A stretch of 63,492 nucleotides of DNA, counting the filler, from Dimorphilus gyrociliatus (taxonomy: Eukaryota > Animalia > Annelida), in the NCBI GenBank assembly GCA_904063045.1. It is 4 parts of 4 records of this genome, joined end to end, with 100 filler letters (N's around TTAATTAATTAA, not from the genome) between each part and the next. Parts side by side here need not be neighbours in the genome. Positions count along the whole stretch, not along the records: positions 44,615 to 56,554 come from CAJFCJ010000047.1; positions 56,655 to 63,492 come from CAJFCJ010000328.1; 2 more parts are not named here. The stretch is one strand, 5' to 3'. The position numbers and the translations under genes are program-made. The notes under the pieces are model-generated. The model saw nothing but the letters and a program-made list of their open reading frames with translations. It did no database searches and was not told the origin of the DNA. Positions 51,116 through 63,492 of the stretch are shown here, one piece after another. Each line of letters opens with the position of its first letter. Position 1 is the stretch's first letter.

Positions 51116-54100
51116 ATGAAAAATAACTATTTTCTAATTTATTTATTGTTGCTCATTGATAAAAGCCATTTTGAAAAAGTAAGTACAGAAATATAAAGAA
51201 AGGAAACTACTGTTTTATTTATATATTTCAGTTTCTCTTTAACTTTGAAAAGAAAAATTTAGATATTTATAATAAACAATGCAATTCAAATTACTGTTAT
51301 GGTTTGGTAATTTTTATGGAACCTACTGGGGACTGGATTGTTAAAACCAAATTTTCTATTCATTCTAGAAAACTATTAACTATTATATGCAAAAATATGG
51401 GTTATGATAATTATCATGTATATGGCTATACCTGTGATAAAAAGTGTAAAATTTCATACATAGACAAGAATAGAGGTTGTTGCAAAGCTGCCCCTCTTTT
51501 TGGGTTGATAAATTCATCACTCAAATAATGCATTTATTTGGGTTAATTATGTAAAATTTCGGGCCTTTTCAACAATATTTCTCACCAATCATGAAGGATT
51601 GTATACAAAATACTAGCAATCATTTTTTACAGATAATACAGAAAGGATACTTGGTATGTTCTATGATGAAAAGGCTAATAATGCCTATATAGTTCTTAAG
51701 GATATTGGTTTTATTCAATTTTGTGTTAGGTGTACCAGTTTAAATTCAAACTGTTAATTTTTTTTTCTTTCTGCAAAACTGTTACTCTATTTAAAAAAAT
51801 TAATCAAATTTAACATTTCTTATCAGATTACTATATTACTTCTAAAGAAGATGTTCTTAGTAAAAAAAAATCAAAATTGATTCCTGTTTATAATAGGTCT
51901 AATGGTTTGTCAAAAGCTTTTTGTCTGATTGACTCATCAGTAGTTGGAAATTGTAGCAATATTGTGAAATTTTCCCAAAAATTTTTCAAAGATCAAGATA
52001 ATATTAGTGTCAGTTTTAATGAGAAAACTATTCCAAGATGTGCACAAGATTTTTGTACTACTTTAGAACATGGTACTAATGACACAATAGTTTGGGGGAA
52101 AGAATGGCCAATTTCCAATAATCAAATATATTATGAGCCCAAACAAACAGAGACACTTATTCCAATGAAATATTCCAAATATTCAAATGAATATTTGCCT
52201 ATACTTTTTCAATATAGCAATTTAAAAATTTTGTATAATAATCTTATGACAGTTTGTAAACAATTTTCTAAACATTTCGTTAGAGTGTATCAAGGCGAGA
52301 AAACTTTCAAATATGCTCATTTTTGGTCACTTGAACTTGGTGACTATCCACAAAAAGTTATTGAATGTTTAAATGTTGAAGAGAAATTAGATAATTGTAA
52401 AAAAATTGATACACAAATAAGATACTATGACCATTTTATACTGAAAATAAAATGTTTTCATCATCCAACTAAATTTTTAAGAGACGCTTCTAGTAAATTC
52501 AATTCAAATTATATTCATAAAATTAAAAATACATTTCTGTTATATAGATTTAAAATTTCAACTAATAGACAACAATAACAATATCATGTTGCAGTCATCA
52601 TCCAAAAATGTTCAAAGTTTTATTGGAGTATTACAAGTTCTAATTGAAGGTTTTTGGTACAATGTATCATCTCTAAAAGTTGATGAATATGGAATCAATA
52701 CTATATGCCAACACTTTAACTTTAACAGTGGAACCATTTATAAACAAATGAAAAATGAGGAAAACAATATTTATATTTTTTCTTTGAATTGCCCAAAATA
52801 TGAGAGAAATTTAAATAAATGTTTAATAGAGAATTTTATGGAACCTTGGCTAGATGAAACAATGGGTTTAACAGTAATGTGCTCCAAAAGAGTTGTTAAA
52901 TGTAAACATTCAAGAGAAACTAAAAATTCAAAAGTATTTAATTACTTGAACAGCTGTTATTACCTTTATGAATTCAATAAAACAGTGTCCTTTAACAATG
53001 GTGAAGATTTATGTAGTAAGAATAACAAGACATTAGTAGGAATATCCTCTAATGATGAAGCTAGATTTGTTGAAAATATGTTAATATCTGTAATTTTTAA
53101 TTCTTTAAATATAACAAACAAACTGGAAATATTAGAAAAATTCAAAACAAGCTGGAAAATTCCAGTAGGTTCATTACCAAAGTCAACAACAAATGAACTA
53201 ACAAGAAATACTGACAATATAACATATACATTTATTGGCATGTGGCACATTGACGCTAAAATAGATTCAAAGTATACCAGTTTATTTTTTTTCTAAACTG
53301 TTGAAGAAAATTGACAAATAGACATTTAGTAGACAGTTAGGATTAAGGATTGGGATTAGGCGGTTATAATTATCTAAATTTTGATTAAAAATTGAATTGA
53401 GAATATGAACAGGTGGCACAGAAAATCCTTTCTGTCAACTAAACTCTATAGCTCATATTGGCTCATCTAACCACACTAATTTTTACTTTAAAAGATGTTC
53501 TTTAAAGAATTTTGAACCAAAACCATTTTGGTATGAGAAGCCTTGTACTTATCTGAAAAAGTATAAACAATTTAAATATTATGGAGTTTTATCAATTGTA
53601 TGCAATGATAAATTATTTAAATATATAATATGTGAAGAGAAAACTGGTAGGAATAGTAATTCAAGAGAAACCAAAATTTGAAAAAAAAAAAACACAGATT
53701 TTTTGAATATAGAAAACTTAAGAAAATCAAATATAAATGCAATGTTGGCAAATACTGAAAAATTATCACAAATTAGTCCAAAAACAAGACAACATATCTT
53801 TGCTTGCAATTCAGGAGAGTTTATAAGTATTCTATACAAATGTGATGGTAATAAAGACTGTTTTGATGGTTCAGACGAAAGAAATTGTACAATAAATAAA
53901 TTAGGATTTTTTCAATGTGATGAAGGAAAGAAGAACATGAGCATAAATTATTTCTGCAATTTTGAAAATAACTGTTTAGATAAAACTGATGAAATGTTTT
54001 GCTGTAAAAAAAAAAAGAAAAAAAAAATATTTTTCAAACAATCTAAAATAGAATAATTTATTTTTTAATAGATTTTCAAACTTGTAAAGAAAGACATTTG

Positions 54101-56554
54101 TAAGTAATTTATTAATTGATAAAACTAAGAAGCAAAATTCATTTACAACTTTTAATCAATAATATTTCTTATAGCACATGCAATAATAAGCAATGTTTGG
54201 ATAGAAAAGATCAATGTGATATGAATATGGATTGCCTTGATGGTAGTGATGAGACATCTTGCTATAAGATAACGATACATATACGTAAGATATCATTCCA
54301 TTTTCTTAATTTTGCTTTATAATTCTATTGAAATATTCTTTTATTAATCTCTTTATTAAGCTGACTTACCAGTAAAAAGATGTAAGAACAGATTTGTTAA
54401 AAAAAGCCAAATTTGCGATTTTAAACCTGATTGCATTGATATGTCTGATGAAAATTTGGACTATTGCCAAAGTAAGAATATTTATAAATATATGAAAAAA
54501 AAAACAAACAAACTTTAAACAACAAATATAACAATTAGATTATAATGAAAAATGGGCAAAATCACATTGTCATAGTTTATATAGCTCTGAAAATGTGTCA
54601 CTAATGACTAGTCAATATTATAGTAAGTGTTGAAATTACCATTTAGATATTTAGTTCTAGTAAATGATAATTTTTGTATTAAAAAACAGGAGAATTTGAA
54701 AAATATTTATTTGAAATTAGAACTGATACAGGTAATATATAATTTTTAAATAGAAAGAGTACCAGTTGAAATAAAGAGAAATGCGTTCTATTAAAGAATT
54801 TTCATGCTATTTAAAATATTCTGGAAATAATTACAATGAACTAAAAAAGACAAATCCACCATGGAATAGTCTAAGTTTTTGTAATGTAAATAATAAATGT
54901 CAGAAAGGATATTTCAAATGTGCAGTATATAATTATTGCATAGAAACTGTTATGATTTGTAATGGAATAGTAGACTGTATTTTGGGTGATGATGAAATAA
55001 ATTGCAGTAACAAAGAATAAATAGAATAAATCTAGCCATTTCTTTTTTTTTTTTACAATTATTTGTCTTAAATTCATAGATAATTTCAATTTAAAAGGAT
55101 TTTATCACTGTCACAATTCATCAGTATTTATTGATATGAGATATGTTTTTCCCAGAAAAAAATCTTTAATACAAAGTCAATCATCAAAATCTTGCCCACA
55201 ATTTGATAATGTTAATAATTTAATAAGAAATACAAGTGTTTTCTGTACAAAAAATTGTCAATGCACACCAACATTTATTACATGTAGAGAAAAATTCTCA
55301 ATGGTTAAAAAGGATAGATCCTTGTTTAAGAGTATACATTTTCATGATTTAGAGATAAGGATTGAAGATGCTCTCCACTACTTGACTAAAAAATCTGAAT
55401 ATCATCTCATTCAATTATCAATCTATAATTCAAATTATTCCAGTAAAACAGATATTTCTCCTTATATTAATTTAAAAATTTTACATATTGAAAATAATCC
55501 AACTTTAACTGAAATTAATGAGAAAACCTTTAACAGAATTGATAACCTAATTTATTTAAATATGATAAAAAATGATATAAAAAATATTGATGATAATGCT
55601 TTTGAAAATTTTAAAATTTTAAAATTTCTAGATTTATCTTATAATAAAAATTTAAATAATTTGAAAAAAATAATTTTTAAACCTTTAAGATATTTAAAAA
55701 CTTTAATTCTGGAACATTTAATTTTCCATCATTTAGAGATTGATGCATTTAATTATTTAGGTTATATGCTTAAATTGAATATGACAAATACAAAAATTCA
55801 AAATATGGGAACAATAAGATCAAATCTCTTTAAATTTAATGATAATTTACAAATTTTACAAAGTGATTATAGTATGCTTTGTTGTTTTGCAAAGAAATTT
55901 CGAAAAATGACCTACTGTAAGCCTAGTTCAAGAATTTATTCATTTTGCGGTGAATTAATTAATTCTTCAATACTTAAAGGTATATTTTAATTAGGATAAA
56001 ATTGATATCTCTCCTTATCTATTACTCATTTTGTTTTGTCTTTTAAGCCTTAGCCTATGTCTTAGTAGCAATTGGTCTAATAAATAATATTATATGCATT
56101 ATCACCCGAATTTTTATGTTTACAAGGCCTACAATTCTCTTGTATCTACTATTAGCGATATCAGATTTAGCCTATAATTGCTATCTATTAGTAATAGCTG
56201 TCTATGATGGAATTTTTGGAAGAGACTACCCAGAGAATGATTATTCCTGGAGACACAGTATCATTTGTAGGTCATTGGGAATTATAAGTAGTTCTGCTTG
56301 CTTAATATCAATGTTTACTTTGCTTTTAATAACATTTGAAAAGCTTGCCGCAGTTGAGCGTAATAATAAAATTTTGAATTCAAATTATTTATCAATTCTA
56401 TTGCTGTTGGCATTCATTCTGATAAGTGCAGTAGGTGTATCTTCATTCCCCTATTACTATTATAAGGTTCTTAAAATAAACTGGTAAATCTAACTTTATT
56501 GAATTTTAGAGTGGTTTTTTTTTTCTTTTTAGAATTTCTCTGCAAGATATCCTC
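51116..56554 (+). CDS. Multi-exon GRL101-type receptor C (SRCR-like, CTL-like, LDLa, LRR, 7TM), truncated at the linker
   Basis: ATG 51116 with signal-like exon and GTAAG donor. [31 protein letters not shown], LDLa exons 53800-55010, LRR ORF 55136-55990, TM2-4 ORF 56116-56487 (ITFEK). Confidence 0.85.
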
Positions 56555-56654
56555 NNNNNNNNNNNNNNNNNNNNNNNNNNNNNNNNNNNNNNNNNNNNTT
56601 AATTAATTAANNNNNNNNNNNNNNNNNNNNNNNNNNNNNNNNNNNNNNNNNNNN
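56555..56654. other. Artificial contig linker
   Basis: 44 N + TTAATTAATTAA + 44 N. Confidence 0.97.
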
Positions 56655-57332
56655 TGTATAGCATATATTAATGAAAAATAAAAACTCCTATATGATATTT
56701 TTATATATAATTCTAAGATCAATCAAAAAAATACAATTATAGAATATAAAACATAAAAATACGTATTAAGTATATTAAATACCTAATTTAATCATTTAAA
56801 TGAAAATTAACCCCCCTTAAAATGACTTTCCAAAAAGAAAGTTAAATCGTTTTATGATAAACTTTATTATTATTATGGTTGGGTTCTTTATATAATTTCT
56901 ATAGGCTTTGGTGCTTTTTTCCAAATCAATTTTATCAGAAATCACAGAGACGATGAAATTTCAAAGAGTAGAAAGTGTGTAACAGATCCTGCCAGGAATT
57001 TAGTTGATAATTAATTAAAGATTTATTTATTCTATACTAATCTATATAAATATGTGATTTTATCTAATTTTGTATATAAATATATTTTTCACTTTTATCT
57101 CTTCTTATTTGCTCAATAATAATGATAATAATCTCTAAGGTTCTTTTAATAGTAACATATTTGGTATAAATTGATTTTTTTAGAATTTTTAGTTTCTTGA
57201 TAGTCGACTCATTAATTCTATGAAATCATTGTTATATCTATAGAATATATAATAAAATCAATAAATACTTTATTTATGGAAAATTTGATCACTTAAATAA
57301 AAAAATATATATGTTCCCTTAAATGGCTAATC

Positions 57333-58187
57333 NNNNNNNNNNNNNNNNNNNNNNNNNNNNNNNNNNNNNNNNNNNNNNNNNNNNNNNNNNNNNNNNNNNN
57401 NNNNNNNNNNNNNNNNNNNNNNNNNNNNNNNNNNNNNNNNNNNNNNNNNNNNNNNNNNNNNNNNNNNNNNNNNNNNNNNNNNNNNNNNNNNNNNNNNNNN
57501 NNNNNNNNNNNNNNNNNNNNNNNNNNNNNNNNNNNNNNNNNNNNNNNNNNNNNNNNNNNNNNNNNNNNNNNNNNNNNNNNNNNNNNNNNNNNNNNNNNNN
57601 NNNNNNNNNNNNNNNNNNNNNNNNNNNNNNNNNNNNNNNNNNNNNNNNNNNNNNNNNNNNNNNNNNNNNNNNNNNNNNNNNNNNNNNNNNNNNNNNNNNN
57701 NNNNNNNNNNNNNNNNNNNNNNNNNNNNNNNNNNNNNNNNNNNNNNNNNNNNNNNNNNNNNNNNNNNNNNNNNNNNNNNNNNNNNNNNNNNNNNNNNNNN
57801 NNNNNNNNNNNNNNNNNNNNNNNNNNNNNNNNNNNNNNNNNNNNNNNNNNNNNNNNNNNNNNNNNNNNNNNNNNNNNNNNNNNNNNNNNNNNNNNNNNNN
57901 NNNNNNNNNNNNNNNNNNNNNNNNNNNNNNNNNNNNNNNNNNNNNNNNNNNNNNNNNNNNNNNNNNNNNNNNNNNNNNNNNNNNNNNNNNNNNNNNNNNN
58001 NNNNNNNNNNNNNNNNNNNNNNNNNNNNNNNNNNNNNNNNNNNNNNNNNNNNNNNNNNNNNNNNNNNNNNNNNNNNNNNNNNNNNNNNNNNNNNNNNNNN
58101 NNNNNNNNNNNNNNNNNNNNNNNNNNNNNNNNNNNNNNNNNNNNNNNNNNNNNNNNNNNNNNNNNNNNNNNNNNNNNNNNNNNNNNC
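57333..58187. other. Assembly gap (855 N)
   Basis: Run of N. Confidence 1.
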
Positions 58188-58688
58188 CAATTGAGATGTG
58201 AGTTCTTCTAAAGTCGAAAGTTGAAAGAAATCCACATTTTCAGATTCTAATATTGCGGCACCATAATATTGATCGCTTTCTGATAATGCTTGCTCAGCGG
58301 GTTCAGTCCATAAAGGACCTTCTATTAAATTGGGGATTGTCGATAACAAATCTGTTGCTTTATCGTCGGATGCAACAAATTTAGTAGAGGCGGCTTCATT
58401 CCATGACTGATCTTCAGCTAAATTAAGGGCAATCGATAATAAACCTGTTGCTGAATCACCGGATGCAAGAAAGTTAGTAGAAATGCTTTCAAAGTCCGTC
58501 TGGTCAGTAGTTTGATGTATATCGTAGCAAAATAACTCATTGGTATTACTGTTTTGCGATTGAGTGCTTATCGCTAGGTTTAACATATTGTTCATCGATT
58601 CATATGAATAATTATTATCTTCACTTTTTTTACGAAAATAATTGTCATCTGAGCATATAATTTGTATTACATATAGTAAAAAAGTCAT
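58188..58688 (-). CDS. Predicted secreted acidic protein with a 30-aa internal tandem repeat; runs into the gap
   Basis: MTFLLYVIQIICS signal-like start. ISTNFLASGDSATGLLSIALNLAE vs ASTKFVASDDKATDLLSTIPNLIE, 90-bp period. Confidence 0.6.
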
Positions 58689-60017
58689 AGGATAATAATT
58701 TATGGAGAACTTATATACATTTTAATTTACAAAAATAGAAACGTCAAAATATTGAAATATTGTAAATTACAATAAAAGCATGTGTTTAAATAAAATTTGA
58801 ATCAACTATGAAGTACACTAAAAAATCATTTAATATGTCAATTAAGTTTGGAAAATTTTTGTAATTGTTGAATATAAAAAAATAGAATATTATGTAATAG
58901 CTAGTAACTATGTTTAATTCTTGTTATATATCGACTTATAAAATATTATTTATCAGAAATTATATGTCTTTCTAGTTGTCTAAATTTCAATTTTTTTGAC
59001 AGTATAATTTCTATTCTTGGTAATAGTACTTCAACAAAAAAATTACTTATTAAACGCTTTATATGATTATAAGTTAGTGAATTCATCACATAATTACAAA
59101 AAATCTTATTATTAATCTTCACTTCAAATTTCCCATATTTAATTGAGTACAATTAAAATAATAAAAATTTCTAAAAAATAATTTTTTTGTTAATTTTTAA
59201 TCTTACTGTAATTATCGATGTACTTTCGTTAATTTATTAAGCAAAAAAGGTTCTAGTTGATGAGAAACTCTAATTTATAAAGCACTTGATTTAATGTAAA
59301 AGTTTTTAGAGATTTAAAACCTTCAAAATACATATCTAATTGGTAAAACGAATTCTAAAAAAATGAAATTATATAATACTTTAATAAGAAATATTCAACT
59401 ACCATTTAAATATATATAAGGGTTTACTAGAATACTACTTTGGGAAACCAATGGTAAAAAAGTTTTATTTGATCTTTTTGCAAAATCTAGAGTTTTAAAT
59501 GACAATTAAAAGTGAGTGTATTATAATATTTATTTTTTTATAGGCTTACACAATAAAATATCCTTTTCAGTTTTATAGATTTTTCTTATTTCGGGGTTTA
59601 TTCAAAATTACTCTAAAAACTTAATTTAAGGTATGTAAAAATTTGATACATCATTCAATTAAAATTTAAAAAATAATAAAATTTCATACGAAGAAGATTA
59701 CGTAAATGATTAATTTCAGTATTATAATGATAAAAAATAAGGTTCTGAAAATGAAAAATTTCCTCTTTTCCAACAGAAATGGAGTAGGATTGATAGGAGA
59801 ATGTATTAAAATTGCTTATTTATAACTTTTATATTATATTTCTGGATAATAAACGCCAAACAATGAAATATATTAACTAAAAAGAATCTGGGTACAGATA
59901 TACTTGTTTCCTAAGAGGTCAAAGGCGTTTTGGATAAGTTTTTAAGAAAGAACCAACCGTTTTTAGTAACAAATCATCTCTGGTATAAAATTTTATATTT
60001 GATTGATATTGAATTCC

Positions 60018-62588
60018 GGTTCATGTAAAGAATAGTGGGTTTTTGAAAATTTTTAATTTTTTTAAATTTTATAAAAAATAAATAAATTGTTTTTATTAAC
60101 TTGTTTCAATTAAATCATTGTCATAATCACTACTTAAGAATAAAATAAGTATCTCATTTAATCTTTTGAACTTATCAAACTTTTTAAACCATATTGACTG
60201 CAATAAATAAAAGAATTGCAGGTCTTTGCAATTAGTTTACCTTCTTATATGTCTTTTAGTCACACTCCATAGGCATTCTATATTTTGTGTGTGGACTTCA
60301 GGGTCATTTGGACTAACAAATATCTATCGTGATTAATACTATCATGCTCGTATTCATCACTTAACTGGGATAGGGCACTACTATATGCTCTCTATTTGTC
60401 CGTTATTACTTTTGTGACAGGAAGAACATTTTGTAATATTATATTTTTAATTGTCTGACTTCTTCTATCTGGGACTTCTACTACAAAAATATTGGTCGTA
60501 CCACGCTCTATACCGCCTACATACCACCTCTGCTCCAGTAGCCTACCTCTATTATACTTTCTTTTAAAAAAGAGACTTTCATCCATTTCGACAAATTTAC
60601 TTTCTCCATTTTCATTAATTCCACCAATAAATTCAGTAGTTTGTTCCATGTGGTATGCTATCGCTTCTAGAATTATTTTCTTCCACTTGGTTATAGAAGG
60701 TCTAGAGATATTTGAGTCGAAAGCTATCACAGACTTTTAAACTCCAAAAATAAGCTTTCTAATAATTTTAAGTATAATTTTGAATGGTAATTTACAATTA
60801 AAGAAAAAACTTCCATATCTAACAGACTTCTTTGTTTTGCATAGTCTACAAACAAACCTAAATCCATCAATTAATTTATTTTCTTCGTGTAAAAACATTG
60901 GAACTCTACACCCAGGGCACTTTTGCTTGTTATTTATCAATCGATATCTAGCCATAAGGTCAAGTAATTCTTTTTATCATTTATGTTTTCGAAATAATCA
61001 CCTCGTAATTTTAAAGATCTGATTTCAGAAAAGGTAAAAATTTCTGGTTCAGATATTACAGTATGCAAAAAAAAAATTCGGACAAGCAAAAAATGCTTGT
61101 AACCCCTCTATATTATTATATTAAACAGCGATGTATATATAAAATTTCTTCAAAAACTCTTATCTAAACTAATTATATAGTTTATCTTTCCATAAAACAA
61201 GGTTTGATTCGTTAATCAATATTTTTAAAAACTGAATGCAAAAAAAAAATTCGGACAAGATCAGAAATTCATTTTCCCTCCATTATCTTTATAAAAAATC
61301 AAGGTACAAACACCCATAATGTACCGTAAATATAATGATATCACCAGAGGTAAAATAGCAGGGCTTGTAGATCTTGGAATGACAAATAAGGAAATTATTG
61401 AAAAACTTAAAATACCTAAATCTACAGCAAGTGACATTATTAGAAGATATAAAATAACAGGTAGTTTTGGGAGAAAGCAAGGGTCTGGTCGTCCCAGTGT
61501 TTATAAAGAAGATGATATTAAAAAGATTCTCAAGATAAAAGACAAAAATAAAAAAGAATCTGCCCGTTTATCGCCAAAAAAGTAGTAGAATCTGGAATGG
61601 TTAAATCCACGCCTCAAACAATTCGTAATATATTAAAAAGTAGAAGATTTATTGCTTCTTCTCCCGCTAAAATACCATTATTAAGGGATCACCAAGTAAA
61701 GTCGAGATATGCAATCTGTTCAAAGTGGTCATATGAACCTAATAGCTTCTGGGATGATGTGATTTTTTCAGATAAAGTCCCATTTAACCTATAATAATAG
61801 TGATGGAAGGCAATATGTGTGGAGAAAAAAAGGAATGAGGCTGGAGGGAAAGTGAGGGTGTGGGGCTGTTTTAGCAGTAAAGGAGTCGGTAGAATAGCAT
61901 TAATAGAGGGGGAAATTGATAAATATAAATATGTAGAGATATTAGCCAATAAATTGTTTGTTTCTGCCGATTCTCTAGGAATGAAGAGCTTTAAATTCCA
62001 ACAGGATAATGATCCAAAGCATACTGCAGGATATACTAAAGAATATTTCAAAACTAAACAGATTCAAGTTCTTGATTGGCCCTCTAATTCACCAGACTTG
62101 AATCCTATTGAAAATTTGTGGGCAATCTTAAAGGAAAAACTACGAGGCATGAAATTTAAAAATCAAAAAGATTTATTTGATAAAGTAAAAAGTGAGTGGA
62201 CAAAGATACCTAATGAAACATGTGTTGCGCTAGTAAAATCAATGAGAAAGCGAGTTACGTCCGTTTTAAAAGCAAAAGGTGGCATAACAAAGTATTAAAT
62301 AATTTGTCCGAATTTTTTTTTTGCATAAGTAAATAAAAATCTAGACTAAAATAACAAATAGAGCATCTAAAAAAAATCATATTAGAATGTAAACATTTCA
62401 CTCTCATATGATAAATTATTTATAATAAAGTTAATTTGTTAAAGCCATATTTTTAGAGATTTTTAATATTTTTGCTTGTCCGAATTTTTTTTTGCATACT
62501 GTATATAATTTGAATTTTTTATGAAAACCATTTTATTTAAAGAGGGGTGCTTTGAATTTTCAAAAACCCACTATTCTTTACATAAACC
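60018..62588 (-). mobile_element. Defective Merlin element carrying a nested Tc1
   Basis: TIR GGTT(C/T)ATGTAAAGAATAGTGGGTTTTTGAAAATT at 60018 and inverted to 62588. CPGC..CRLC, VEMDESLFFKRKYNRG, ITDK-stop. No TSD recognised. Confidence 0.85.
61059..62501 (+). mobile_element. Tc1/mariner element 4 (IR/DR type), transposase 61319-62298 with frameshifts and an internal deletion
   Basis: CAGTATGCAAAAAAAAAATTCGGACAAG termini with inner copies near 61240 and 62305. TA duplication. [24 protein letters not shown]. Confidence 0.92.
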
Positions 62589-62693
62589 AAAATATCGACT
62601 TATTATTTCCGTTTCAAATATATTTAAACTATTAACATTAGGAACGAAACTTAAAATGATTTAACATAATTAATTGAATGAATTATCATAAAT

Positions 62694-63492
62694 TTAGTGT
62701 ATATTCAATTCGAACTTTTTTTCTGGAAGCAGTTTATCAAGAAATTTTTCTAATTCTTTTTTTAATTCATTTGATATTTTTTCGGTTATTTTTTCTTCCA
62801 GTAAAAGAGAGTAGGTAAGTTTGATGTCTGAGACTTCAGAATTTGATATAAAGTCCTTACTTGTGTGTTTATAAAATATTAAGTCTTCTTTTGTCGTTAT
62901 AATCTGAAAAATTGATTAATGGTTTCTCGAAATGTGGGGTTGCTTTTGTATTTTAGTGCATCTGTCATCAAATTAGTTAAAGTACTACTCTGAGCTATGA
63001 GGTCTTTCTCCAAGCTTTGTAAAAAGCTGTTTTCTTTGGATTCTAAATTATGGAAAGCCTTATAATTATATATTTTATATCTATACTTTTTTGATAATAC
63101 AGTATAATTTGGGAGAATTAACTCTCCTAATTCGTATTTTATAGAATTATTTGAAGTTTTTTCAGGGGTACTTATCATAAAACTGCTCCCTTTATATTTA
63201 CTTTTATTTTTATCCGTGTAAATTGGAAGACTAGAAATTTGAATTGTTTTTAATCCCCTTTTGATTATTAAATTATTAGTTATTCTGTTACCTCTATACC
63301 TTTTATTTTTTAATTCAAATACAGCATCTTGTAAATTACTTATTCTCAAAATATCAGCTAATTCTGACTTAGTAAAAGAGTTCTTTTTATTTAAAAGAAT
63401 AGAATTGATAAGACAGTCTTCTTTGGCTACATCTACTTTTTTTATCTTTCTCGGTCTAGTGTCGTCATTATCTGAAGATAATCCTAATTTTT
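62694..63492 (-). CDS. Hypothetical protein, 3' part (open to the window edge), one homopolymer frameshift
   Basis: ORF 62897-63349 is open upstream to 63492 and continues in another frame to a stop at 62694 if one T is added. FTKSELADILRIS looks helix-turn-helix-like. Confidence 0.5.

Noticed and set aside
57323-58201. 292-aa ORF on the plus strand
   Set aside because: Almost entirely gap.
1-63492. rRNA, tRNA or prokaryotic operons
   Set aside because: None recognised; gene structure is eukaryotic throughout.

Overview
AT-rich eukaryotic sequence that is not one continuous locus. Three artificial 100-bp linkers (44 N + TTAATTAATTAA + 44 N at 27424-27523, 44515-44614, 56555-56654) join four contigs, and there are two ordinary N gaps. 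Contigs A (1-27423) and C (44615-56554) look like a compact-genome invertebrate, probably spiralian (inference), with short GT-AG introns. They carry three SRCR/C-lectin/LDLa/LRR/7TM (GRL101-type) receptor genes, a chitin-binding (CBM14) gene start, a tandem C1q gene end, a GNAT, an RI-like LRR ORF, a 4xMAM non-catalytic serine protease homologue, and Tc1, MULE and MITE elements. Contigs B (27524-44514) and D (56655-63492) look microsporidian: apparently intronless RhoGAP and Ltn1-like genes, a short-signal-peptide secreted protein, and Merlin, Tc1 and Helitron elements, with many single-base homopolymer contractions. The main observation is in contig A. Two head-to-head receptor paralogues, about 200 bp apart and strongly diverged at both ends, share an apparently identical 2129-bp inverted core (528-2656 vs 10918-13046, introns included). 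That core is GC/CpG-enriched in the lines I sampled. This points to recurrent gene conversion, and possibly to flip-flop inversion of the 8.26-kb spacer that would swap ectodomains between receptor tails. Exon models are hand-derived and approximate.
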